DNA of 64,000 bases from Lingula anatina (taxonomy: Eukaryota > Animalia > Brachiopoda): contig CM120648.1 in NCBI GenBank assembly GCA_051362555.1, positions 15,868,587-15,932,586 on the forward strand. Reading direction: 5' to 3'. Position 1 is the stretch's first letter, and each line of letters opens with the position of its first letter. Positions 1 to 11,436 of the stretch are shown here, in pieces. A model generated the notes under the pieces. The model searched no databases and was not told where the DNA came from. It saw only the letters and a list, made by a program, of their open reading frames with translations. Position numbers and translations under genes: made by a program.

Positions 1-688
1 TGTTGTATGCTATTGCAGATGCCCCGATCACCCTGAGGTCACGACACAGGAGACATTTTGTTTCATCTCCAATGACCTTAAACATGACAGCCATGGGGTG
101 CAGCACTTTCAGCAACAGGCGCTGCAGACACTCCTGGAGCGTGGAATAAACGTCACACAGATTATCCACTTCAGTGATGGATGCCCCAGCCAGTACAAGG
201 GCAAAGCCAGTTTCATTGATTTGTCCTTTGCCAAAGATGACACAGGCATCCCAACAGAGAAGCACTTTTTTGGCAGCCGCCATGGCAATGGGCCATGTGA
301 CAGAGAAATTGGAGTTGTAAAGCGTTTAGCAAGACAGGCAGTGCTTCGCAGAAAGTGCATCATTGCTACAGCCCAAGACTTATACGAGTATGGTTGCAGC
401 AGTCTGACAAAACCAGCTGACAATTCACACTCTCACACCTGTCGTCAGTTCTTCTTTGTTCGAGAAGGTACAATTGTGAGAGACAGGCCAGATAGAACAG
501 GAGGCAAGGGCATCCCTGGAACTAGGAAGTTGCACTGTGTCCGGGGCCACTCTCCATTTATTGTGAGCTATAAGGAGCGATCCTGCTTCTGTGAAGCATG
601 TGTGACACTTGAAGGCGAGTGTACAAACAAGTCCTTTGTTGGAGACTGGAAAGAAGTCAGCTTGAAAGTCAACTGGAGGCAAAAATGA
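1..688 (+). CDS. 3' part of a DDE/D transposase, Sola-like (probably Sola2); 5' end lies outside the window
   Basis: The frame is open from position 2 (VVCYCRCPDHPEVTTQETFCFISNDLKHDSHGV...) to TGA at 686-688. Motifs ISxDLxHD, FSDGCPSQYK, FFGSRHGNGPCD, IPGTRKLH and SCFCEAC resemble Sola2-type transposases as I recall them. Confidence 0.7.
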   Translation, partial: VVCYCRCPDHPEVTTQETFCFISNDLKHDSHGVQHFQQQALQTLLERGINVTQIIHFSDGCPSQYKGKASFIDLSFAKDDTGIPTEKHFFGSRHGNGPCDREIGVVKRLARQAVLRRKCIIATAQDLYEYGCSSLTKPADNSHSHTCRQFFFVREGTIVRDRPDRTGGKGIPGTRKLHCVRGHSPFIVSYKERSCFCEACVTLEGECTNKSFVGDWKEVSLKVNWRQK

Positions 689-1337
689 AAAGTGCTTGTT
701 TTACAATATCCATAATGTTAAACCATGATAGCAAAACAATGTATATATTGTCATATTTATACATATAAGTATAAAATGAAAAGTTGAGTATGGTCTGTCA
801 AAATTCAGATGGATCGATCTAAGTATGGGAATCCAGTCTTAAACTTAGGTTACCCATTTTTCGTTATCAGAGTAAAAAGATTCCTTGTATTGTACACCCT
901 GGAACATTCATTAGATCAACTTTGTTCAGTGTGTGTCCCATGTAACAGAGTTACAGTAAACAAAAATATGTGCATTATTCCTCTGTGTTTGTCAATTCCA
1001 ATTTAAAAGTGTGTGAAAGTGATGTCCCTCTCATGCTTGAAGTATATGTGGTTAATAGCAAAAATAATTTTATTATTTACATGATTATAAAAAGTTTTTG
1101 TTCCCGCGTCACTATCTTTACCGTGTCAGACATATTCACAAGTTTTATCAATAATAAAATGTGGATTGAATTCTTCAAAACCAGTTTTAAAGCATTGAGA
1201 CAACACCCCCTTATGATTTAGACTAAAACTAAAACATTCCACTAGATTTTCATTAGTTTTAGTGTCAAATATACCGTATAGCTAAAAAAAAAACACGACT
1301 ATTGGTACGCGTATGATCGATAACTGATTTAATTCTC
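1..1337 (+). mobile_element. Right portion of a Sola-like DNA transposon; putative terminus ...TTAATTCTC at 1337
   Basis: Transposase ORF followed by an AT-rich tail ending in CTC, consistent with GRG...CYC termini. The left TIR is not visible, so this boundary is tentative. Confidence 0.4.
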
Positions 1338-2434
1338 GTAAGATTACCATCCGCCCCCTTCCTTATGAATAGGTATTACTTTATTAATACAATGCAACCG
1401 TCGTGTAGCCGCATGTTAGAAGACAATGTTTGATTACGCACAGCAGTAGGAGGCCGCTACCCCTTCCCAGCAAGGAGTCAACACAGCAGCGCGTAATCCG
1501 GGGTTAATTAGGGGTTATTAGCTGTCCACTTATGATCGGTATTGTTCGTCTTGATTGCAGCACACTTCCTACTCACTATTGGTTCGACCGCTTCTTCTTT
1601 AAATGCTCTCTCAAACCTTTCCTCAGTCAGCCGAGAATGGAAACACGTTTATCTGCCGATAAACTACGTCGTTGATGTATTATTCGGCATCATTCTACAG
1701 TGGGTCATAAGGCTCTATTTATCATTTTTTTCGTCTCGCATTTTACCAGATTAAGCTGACGCTCGAAAACTAAATTTAATGAATAATTTTCTCACGTGCA
1801 CCGTATCCAGCTAATTTTACGACAATAACTACCACGGCACCTCCGCCATTTGCAATTGTAGACGAACCACGTGTTTCCAACTGATAGGCCAATACAACTA
1901 TACCAGACCCATTGTACGAGAAAAGACCGTTTATATTTAATGAATTAAAAAACATTTGAGGATTGCGATTTTCTATTGATATACTATCGATGGTATCCCT
2001 GTATTAAATCATACACTGCTACCCCCTCTTTTGTAGTGTATCATGACTCGTATCACAAGATGGCCTTAGAAATGAAGTAAGACAGGCCTACACTCTGATA
2101 GTTTTTAGTCTATTATTAACCCTAATGTCGTTGCTTGTCATTCATTCTAGAACTCTCTGAGCCATCGCAAAATTATTTGACAGGACATTTAAAGGCTACT
2201 TCTTAACGGATTTTTTTTTATTTGCACTGAGTCCAAAATGTTCGAGGACGTCTCTGTCGTTATCGCCGTTTCTCAGACGCAGTCCCAGACAAAGGATCGG
2301 AAAGTTTCTAAATAAAAGAACTTATAAATGCTGCCACTAGCTATCCTTATTGTTCCTAAGTAAAGAGAGGCGATAATGATCTTTTCTTTCTTCTAGCTTA
2401 GTCTGTCGACTAAAATGAACAAGGTTAGGCCTAC

Positions 2435-3392
2435 AATGCAACCACCTATTATTACGACCATTAATGAGGTTCTTTGCTGCACTCCCTTTCTTCATGATCG
2501 CGAAACCAGTGGGGTGCTGTGTTTTAAATATATAAAAAAGGGTCTCGCGAGGTGAAGCTATAATAATGAAATAAGAAAATCCAATGAATAGGCCTATCTA
2601 ATAAACCATGAAGCACGTAGTCTAGGCCTCTTCTTTGACCGACATCACATTTTTACATTCTTTGTTTTAATAAGAGGACGAACGTGGTCTAATTTGTCTT
2701 TTGGTGGTGTGTGATTTTACTCGAAGTAGCGGAGTCAAGTAAATCGGTGATTTACCGTTGGTAAGAGTAGCGATCATCGCTCCTGCGTCCTCATAGATTA
2801 CTTTCTAATCACCCGTAATTAACGCAGTCAGGAATAAGCGCTCAAATAGGGGTTTTTGTATCAGGGAAAATTTTAGTATTAATCTTATGTTATTATGTAT
2901 CTGTATTATGTAATCATGTAACACATTTTCCCAAGGCAACCACCAATTATGACGACCATTAATGAAGTTCTCTGCTACACTCTCTCCTCATGATCACTTG
3001 CTCGATCGTGAAACCCTGGAGGTGTTGTATATATATTTGGGGTAGTTTACTATAGCATGCTACACTCTCCTCATGATCAGCTGCTCGATCGTGAAATCTG
3101 GAGTGAAACCAATGGTTTATCTAACAATGGTTTAAATAAATAAAAAGGGTGTCACGGAGTTGAAGCTGCTTAACTCATAAGAATAACGAACGAAAAAATA
3201 CGATGAACATTTAATAAACCACGAAGCACGTATGTTTTGACCGTTATCGCCTTTTTTACATAAGATGTCTCAACAAGAAGGCAGATGTAGTCCAATTTGT
3301 CTTTTGTTGGTGATTCTGCTTCAGGTGGCTGAGATTAGTTGATCGGTGATGTACCGTTGGTAAGAGTAGCAAGCATCACTCCTGCGTTCTAA
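2435..3392. repeat. Diverged tandem duplication of about 500 bp; the second unit is interrupted by the 3393-8186 element and resumes at about 8190-8300
   Basis: caaccacc..attacgaccattaatgaggttct (about 2439) matches caaccaccaattatgacgaccattaatgaagttct (about 2937). ccgttggtaagagtagc occurs at about 2755 and 3354. The continuation gattactttc..taattaacgcag..aggaata occurs at about 2796 and 8192. Confidence 0.75.
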
Positions 3393-3683
3393 CACTGCAT
3401 GAAAAAACACCTTTTATCGCCTTTCATTTATCTACAAAATGTTATCGAAAGACGATCCCTCATCTTTGATCATCTTTTCCTGACGAAAAGGTCATCTTTC
3501 ACCTTTCAATTGTAAAAGGTCATCTTTTTATCAACTTTTATCTCTCGGAAAGACCATCATTCACATTTTCATTAACTTTCAGTTTTCAAAAGTTCGACTA
3601 TCTCCTTTTACAGTGCGAAAGGTCACCTTACATTCCGTTTTTGTTAACTGGAAAGGTCACATTTTGTTTATCTTTTATTTTCT

Positions 3684-4392
3684 TGAGGTCACCTCTCCAT
3701 AATTTGCCTGGCTAAAGGATCGTCTCTAAACAGAAAAACACCCCTCCTCAACAAAAAAGGCAATAGGATCTCTCGTCACTAACTGTTATTTTCAGTAATG
3801 TCAGGATTTTTGCATTGATTGCACCAATTCAAAATAGTGTTTGAGGTCACCTCTCCATAATTTGCCTGGCTAGAGGATCGTCTCTAAACAGAAAACCACC
3901 CCTCCTTGACAAAAAGGTTATAGGATCTCTCGTCACTTACTGTGTTATTTTCAGTTATGTCAGTATTTGCACTAATGGTAGCAGGTCAAAATAGTGTTTG
4001 AGGTCACCTCTCCATAATTTGCCTGGCAAGAGGATTGTCTCTAAACAGAAAACCACCTCTCCTTGACAAAAAAGGTTATAGGATCTCTCGTCACTAACTT
4101 TGTTATTTGCAGTTATGTCGGTATTTGCACTAATTGTAGCAAGTCAAAATAGTGTTTGAGGTCACCTCCCCATAATTTGCCTGGCTAGAGGATCATTTCT
4201 AAACATAAAACCACCTCTCCTTGACAAAAAAGGTTATAGGATCTCTCGTCACTAACTTATTTGCAGTTATGTCAGTATTTACAGTGATTGTAGCAGGTAA
4301 AAAAAAATAATAATAATTACAATATATGCCAGAGGTCACCTCTCCATAGTTTGCCTGACAAGGGGATCGTTTCTAAGGAGAAAACCACTCTA
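3684..4392 (+). repeat. Tandem array of a roughly 157-bp unit (about 4.4 copies) inside the CACTG element
   Basis: gaggtcacctctccataatttgcctgg recurs at about 3685, 3844, 4000, 4158 and 4332. Confidence 0.9.
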
Positions 4393-5029
4393 CAATTCTT
4401 ATGATGTGTTTAAGGCTCCAGAGAGCAAGTTTTACCTCATGCATAGTCCCTAATAGTAAGGCCCTGGGCATGATGGAAATATTTCACTGAAGTTAGATAA
4501 GAAGTAATCAGCTATGCAGTTTGAATTTGTTTATATTGGAAATGGTAATATTATTGACAGACTGTAACTGTTTGCATATCCCTAATTCATCTTGCTTACA
4601 CTGCTGTAGTTAATCTAAATAACAGAGGAAAATTATCAACCATACATAACTGTTTTCTTATTCTCCTTGCTCAGAGCGAGTCAGTCTCTCCTTTACTATT
4701 TTAGCATGTTTAAGTCCATAAATCTGACGGAGAGGGGGTCTGAGGTAAACACAGTGAGGTTATACATGTAGGTTAACAATTTCTATTGTGGCTGCAGACT
4801 GGGAATTCATGTAACAGGAACACAGAAACGCAGTCTTCTTTTAGATGTTCATCTCTTTTCTTGTGACGACAGGCACTCCTTTTTCATCCTTGGGACACCC
4901 CATTCCTTTATAAAAGAAAAGACATACTGAATAATTGAAACATGGAAGTTAATGATTGAATTTCAAGGATTTGAAGCCATATCATGATATAGTACCAAAA
5001 CAATTCAATTGCTAAAGCTGAGCGTTACC

Positions 5030-5452
5030 ATATCTGCACATCCACGATACTGGGTAACAACATTGTGACATAAGCATTGAAATTTCAATGTGTTTTTGCT
5101 TTAAATTCATAAATTTTACGAAATGTAATATTAAACACATATAAAAATAATTCGGAAAGAGTTTACTTAACTCCAAAGAGATGGGAAAGCATGCTACGAT
5201 CCTGAACCGTAAGTTTCATTTAATAATCATGTGACCTGGTCATTATGTCATCAATGGAAATCTCCACTCTTTATGCTTAAGTCCCTGGGCCGCATCTGAA
5301 TGGGGAAATGAAACTACACGCTAGCTGTGATTTGGCTGTCGTGCATCAAAGCCCCCCCCCCCCCCCTTGTAATCCAACACATGGGAATATTTTGACACAC
5401 TTTTAAAATGATAACCCCTTGTTGTTACCCCGTATCGTGGACGTGCAGATAT
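5030..5452. mobile_element. MITE nested in the CACTG element (TA-flanked, possibly Tc1/mariner-type)
   Basis: TIRs of about 33 bp: atatctgcacatccacgatactgggtaacaaca and tgttgttaccccgtatcgtggacgtgcagatat. Confidence 0.75.
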
Positions 5453-6338
5453 ATTTCCAAAGTTCACAGTGAGTATAACCGGTCAAACGTTAGAACAGAC
5501 AATAGCCAAGCCCAATGAAACTCAGTATAATTCGATCCTTTCTCAAGAGACGGCTAAATTACCCTGCAATATGCAGTGCTTCGAGAAAGAATCCCGCTTT
5601 AATCCCAGAAGCATGCTTTGGCTATAATTTGTGTTAAGATACACTGTGCGAAAATTACTGAAATCACTATTTCACCTACCTTGTAAAACGATGACCGGCT
5701 GCCCCCTGTCTAGTGATCTATATTATTGCCTCTTTCTGTTTTAGTCTTGAATAAAACAAGAGGCAAAAGGTGCGTTCTTCTTTCCATTAATATAGCGTTA
5801 GGTCAATGCTAGAGAATCGGCGCGAAAGATATCCCATTACAGACTATCTGCGCGTGCGCACGGCCAGGCGGTTAAAAATGCGCGGGGACTGCTAGGCTGT
5901 GTAGGCCGGTCACAGAAGATTTTTTAAGCCTCCGTATTGATTATGGTCGACTTCTTTGCAAGATGGCGTTTGTTGCGGCGATAATATAACTGATGAGGAT
6001 GAAGAGAAGGTGTAAATGCATCAGGTAGGTCTAATATAACATTTGAATCAATCATATTTAAGGGAACATCCGTGTCAGGGACGACCAAGAGGGCTTTTAT
6101 GCACGGAGAACAGACCGTGCCGAAATAAGATTATCACGATCGTAAAACAATAGTTAATCAAACTTCCTGACCTTTTTATTAGAAAACTGCAAAAAGTTTA
6201 CGTCAAAGTACGGACAAGCGTACAAGTAAAGATTCTGTACATGTATTAAACTGGCCTGTATTAATCCCATTGAGTCGACCTACATTCCTTGACCTAAATT
6301 CCAGGCAGGGTTATATAATCAATGCACTGGTTCACTCG

Positions 6339-6763
6339 CAGGGTTCAAACAGCACTTTGACTGCTTGAATGTAGCCTTGTACGTGTATTCAGTCTGTTTA
6401 TGACATTTAAAGTACTTGGAATTGCTATTAGCCTTACCAAGGCCTTGTATTTCATTATTTTTGTCTTAAAAAGTACTTGAATTTGATCAGTTAGAAATTT
6501 GTTGAATGATTATTACGAATCTTGTTGTTTTTAACCTGAATGTAGACAGTAGCATGCTGGGGGAATGCCCTTTTTAACCTTTCAATTTTTTCTCATGTTT
6601 CGTCATTAGTGTATTAAAATACAAAGTTTGTGTAAAATGATGCACCTCTTTTCTATGTAAACTAAAAATGACAGTAAGGCGCGTTAAAAGAGTCATTGAA
6701 AAGGTCTTGATTTAGAGCCTCAGAAATCCTTCAATTTGCTTTTATGTTGCTGTATGAATCCTG
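6339..6763. mobile_element. MITE with CAGG termini
   Basis: cagggttcaaacagca vs tgctgtatgaatcctg (14/16 inverted match). Internal repeats of aaagtacttg.aat. No clear TSD. Confidence 0.5.
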
Positions 6764-9700
6764 AGCAGTAATCATGTTTTCATCAATGAAAACTGTTTGT
6801 ATGATGTTACACTAAAAGAATTCACTGTCTTAAAAAATCTCTTTATTTCTTTTCCAGATGCTATTAAAAGACGGGCTTTCTACATGGCTGAATAGCATAT
6901 AAAAGCAAACAAAGTGGATGGACTAAAGCAAAATAATTGGAAGAGAAGAATGGGGTATGTAATACAGGAGCTTTTCTAAGTTCTGTACAAGGCCCAATCA
7001 AGTTGCCTATCAGTGATCATGAATGCATATTTTCTTCATTACTTGTAGCTATTTCATTATTCATATTTCCCTAATTGAAAACTTTTTACATGATAATTAC
7101 ATTCAAATTATTCACTCTTTTTATTTCTTTACCAGGTGCCATTAAAAGATACTACAGATCTGAAAAGGAGGATGTTCTAAAACAAGCAAAAGGACTGGAT
7201 GAGCTTAAACAAAAAATATGGAAAAAAAGGAAGAGGTACTATTATAGGATCCTTTTTAAACCTTGTAAAATCTGTTTTAAGCCTTTTGATGGCTTTAAGT
7301 CCATAGTTTGAAAATTAAACATAATAAAAGTTGGCATTGTTTTTATCGTATTTGATTAGCATTAAAATGGACTGTTACCAAAAAACAATATTTATCATTA
7401 CATACATCCTATTTTCCAGGAGGCAAAAGGGAAAGATTTGGGCAGGCAAAGTGTTCACTTGACAGACGCTTCCAGAAAAACTACTCCCACGAGAACGAGA
7501 AGTGACGCATATATAGTAGGACTAGTGGATCTGGCTGAAAGTACATTTAGAGAACATTTCCTGGGCCTTTCTTGGATTATCAAAACAAAAAATCAAAGTT
7601 CCTTGGATTATCAAAAAACTTTCAAAAGACAAGTGCAACCTGCACAAAAATGTTATAATGGAATAAATTATAAAAGTTTACACCATGTGTTGTTCTGTTT
7701 TATCAATATATTATTAAAGCGCCGCAATAAATATAACAGTAAAATACCTAACAAAAGAAGGAAAAATATAGTCTTTTCTTAAATAAAAAGGTTTGAAAAG
7801 GCTATCTTTTGTATCTGGAAAGTTGCACAAAAGGCATCTGAAAGTTGGACTTTTTGGCAGGAAAAGGTAGAGAAAAGTGGGTCATTAATATACCTTTTAG
7901 CATACAAAAAGCTGATGAATGATGAACTTGATAATACCTTTTCTTCAAGCAAAAGATCGTCTTTTTGCAGCAAAAGGTGTATGAAAGTTCAACTTTTGTG
8001 TAGAGAAAAGGTGAATAAAAGTGGGCCATTTATATACCTTTTCACTTATACAAAAGTCATTCAAAAGATCGTCTTTTACACCTTTCCTAAAAAAACGAAA
8101 GGTCTTGGAAAGATGTGAGAAGATGAATAAAAGAAGGCCTTTTGATCACCTTTCACGATATATAAAAGCTGATTTTTCATGCAGTGTAACGGATTACTTT
8201 CCAACCCCCCATAATTAACGCAGCCAGGAATAGCATTGAAATAGGGGGTATTAAATCAGGAATTAATTTTTGTAATTATGTATCCGTAAAATAAGAATCG
8301 TAACATTATCACGTATTTTTCCTGATGGAAAATATCATAATTTATGCACACTGATCGAATTATAAAGAAAATCTCTAGATGTAAACAAAGGTCAGTCAAG
8401 TATCACTCATCCCAGGCTGCAGGGCAGATATAGAGAATTGAATGAAGCGCCAGTGATCTGGCAACCCTACAAATTTGTCATAATGATTCATGGGCAAACA
8501 ATAGAAGCATGAAATTAACACCTTTTACAGTGTGAATGACGACACCTTATGAGGCTTTTGTTTCTTCCCCTGGGTTGGTATTACAAAGTAAGTATGTTGA
8601 CGTAAGTGTGTTGACTTTTGCATGTTCAAAGGAACAATGGAAATGTCATTTCAAAACAAAGAGCCACATTTCCCTACTTAGGTGGCCAAAATATTGTCAA
8701 TGAAACGCAAAAAAGACAAAATCACCAGCTGTTACTGACTGAGTCTAACTCAAATGCAAAAAGGTACGCACAGCGACAAAGCGCTATTGTAAACAATAAC
8801 CCGACGATGAGATCAATAAGATGTATAAAATGACTATTTGTACTATAAAACTGTACCCCTGCCCCTACTTGTATATTATTACACACACAAGGCCACCCTA
8901 TACCAGAGTTACAGATTGATTTTTCATTACACAGTCTCTTGCACTGAAGAAAAATACTCATAATTAATTTGCGGCCCTAGTAGAGGGTCTTCTCTCGCTT
9001 TCTCTCAAATCAAAATAAACTAGCAAACATGAAAATTGGCAAAATGTATTAGAATGTAAAGTGTTGCGAACCCTTTAAACAAGGTGAATGGTAATATGCA
9101 CGTTTAGACAAATTTTAATTTTAATTTCAATTAAATTTAATTTTAATTAAAATTGATATTACCAAAATTAGTAAATGTCGTTTGCGTCATGTATCAATAT
9201 TTTTGCGCATAATAGTACCTACGTTATAAACATTCAGCAAAGATATTTGGAAGGCCGCTCTTTTGTTGTTTATATCAAAGGAAAACTATTTGATACCCAT
9301 CGTATCAATCATTATACCATGATAAGAGATTAGCATACTAATTTATGTCCCCAGTAATAATAACTTTAACAATAACAACAAACCTTCCTACTGTGCTTTC
9401 CGTTGCAAAAACAATTAGCCACGACTGTTTTATATATTAATAGATATTTATAATAATGACAATTTCAAAATCTTCAAAAGTACCAACAGGGACACGAACT
9501 CCCGTCCAGAAGGTTGCAGACGACTCAACGACGTTAACCGTTGTTCCACAAATTCTATTGTTCACGCATACAGATATCGACAGCTCTGTATTGCCGCGCA
9601 TGCCGAAGCTTTGCGGAAATTGCCGAAGGCTAGGAAAATTCTTCAAAATATACTTTTATTACATTTAATCAAATCAAATCTCCCACTGCCCTGAGGTATG

Positions 9701-10410
9701 GCTAAAGGCTTTCAGTTGTCATCAGACTTTGTAATTTGGGAGAAAAAAGTGAAACAGTAACTTCTGGTGATGAATAATAGGTAATAGTGCTGCAAGGTGT
9801 TGTTTTTTATCCCTGATGTACGAGTAGCTTTTTCTACAGTTTCTATAATTCTCTTAACGTATGAAAATATGCAGGTTTTCTGATAAAATAAGACTTTGAT
9901 CAAATCAAAACCAATAATACTTTTAAAGTCGAGAGTCGGGATAAATATCGGCAAGGTGGAGATATGTCCCGCCGGCGCTTCCGCAACAGCAAGACTGAAG
10001 GACGCAAGTTACAAAGCAAAACATGTTTAGTCAAGTTAAAGACTTAATTACCGGTTTAACTTCGGCGGCAGTGCTTACTGCTGTGAGCAACATGCGCTGT
10101 CCATCGTAATCCCCCTGTCATTAACACTGTCGGGGACGTGCGCATTAGCGCGTCTGATGTAGACAGCGTGTGCTATTAAAGTGACCGGGGACTTATTAGC
10201 TATAGTGTATTTCCCATGTAACGCGTCTTGGATTTGGAGGGTATAGCTGTTCAACTCTCTTGTGTGCCCTGACAAGGGCATCTGCTGTTTCCCTTTTGAT
10301 GAAATGGTGAACTGTGATGGTGTAGCTATCACATTGCAAAATTACAGCTTCCCAGATAAAGTTTGAAATTTTCGGTCAAATTCAACATTTTGTAACCACT
10401 AGCAAAGAAT

Positions 10411-10413
<3 letters not shown>

Positions 10414-10486
<73 letters not shown>
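10414..10486. repeat. (TA)n microsatellite
   Basis: Seen directly. Similar tracts at about 49585-49632, 52586-52647 and 63897-63951; (GA)n at about 46238-46269. Confidence 0.95.
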
Positions 10487-10489
<3 letters not shown>

Positions 10490-11125
10490 CCATGGAATGC
10501 TCTCTAAGCGCAGACTGACTCCTTGTGACAGGGAAAGTTGACCTTCGCCCCATATGCTAACCCCAATACTCCGACTAACCCCAACCAGTACCAATCATAT
10601 GGGACCCTGCTGTGATGTACCAGAAAGCGCCCCCCCCCCCCCCCCCTTGACAGAGAGTCCGCTTTCCATGCATTTGTACAGGTGAGACTCGACCTAGATT
10701 TTGACCCACTTAGGTCAGACTAACCCTAATTATTACAACTATATGGAGAGCGGACTTTCTGTCACACGGACACCAGACTTCCATTCCTAGGACTACCATT
10801 CCTGTCACACCGGTACCTCAGGCGATATTACCCTGCACACACTCTTCCAAGATACATTTTGCTAGTTGTCCACGGATTTTAGTTTCTTATTCAATATGTT
10901 TTGTAATAAAAATTAAAACTATAGATCACCTGTTCACCATACGAAGATTGATCAGACAAAAATTAAACGGATAATTCATGTATTAGCAAGCTACAAGTAG
11001 AACAAAGCTTGGGGTCGTATTACTTCATGCCATAGGTCAAGTAACTTCAAGTCCTATTTTTGTATCCGGAAATGTAAATAAAGGACAACCTACAAATACT
11101 GGCGTTATACGACGGTAGACTACAT

Positions 11126-11405
11126 TTAATTTCTTCCTGCTTGAATTTCCTTTTTCTTCTCTCCACGATGAAGGAATTCAAACATTCCAAAAGAACACAT
11201 GGCGAATCCCATCACACCGAACGCGATGTATATTTTGTCGTTCATACAGATGAAGTTTGTTGTGGCGTACAGTGAACCCCATGCAATATAAATGGCCGCA
11301 CGGACTGCTACAAATGCCGGCCACTTGTCGTTAGGAAATACATGTCCCACGTATGCTGAAAATATTAAAAAAAAAAATAAATAAATAATATAAGAACAGC
11401 AAAAA

Positions 11406-11436
<31 letters not shown>

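Larger units (their letters stand above)
3393..8186. mobile_element. 4.8-kb non-autonomous CACTA/EnSpm(CMC)-like TIR element
   Basis: Perfect 14-bp TIRs CACTGCATGAAAAA (3393) and TTTTTCATGCAGTG (ends 8186), with TAA on both sides (3390-3392, 8187-8189). Subterminal AAAGGTCATCTTT-like repeats occur at both ends. The empty site is inferred from the upstream duplicate unit. Confidence 0.85.

Noticed and set aside
3684-4392. CRISPR-like repeat-spacer array
   Set aside because: The whole unit is repeated with no unique spacers, the context is eukaryotic, and no cas genes are present.
7438-8218. Short ORFs at the right end of the CACTG element as a transposase
   Set aside because: No transposase motifs; they mostly overlap AT-rich subterminal repeats.
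10329-10553. ORFs with (IY)n or poly-F runs (also 30454, 49534, 52559, 63712)
   Set aside because: These are translations of (TA)n microsatellites and poly-T tracts.
10545-10813. Telomere-like ctaaccc motifs
   Set aside because: Only isolated occurrences, probably inside a small unclassified repeat; there is no tandem array.
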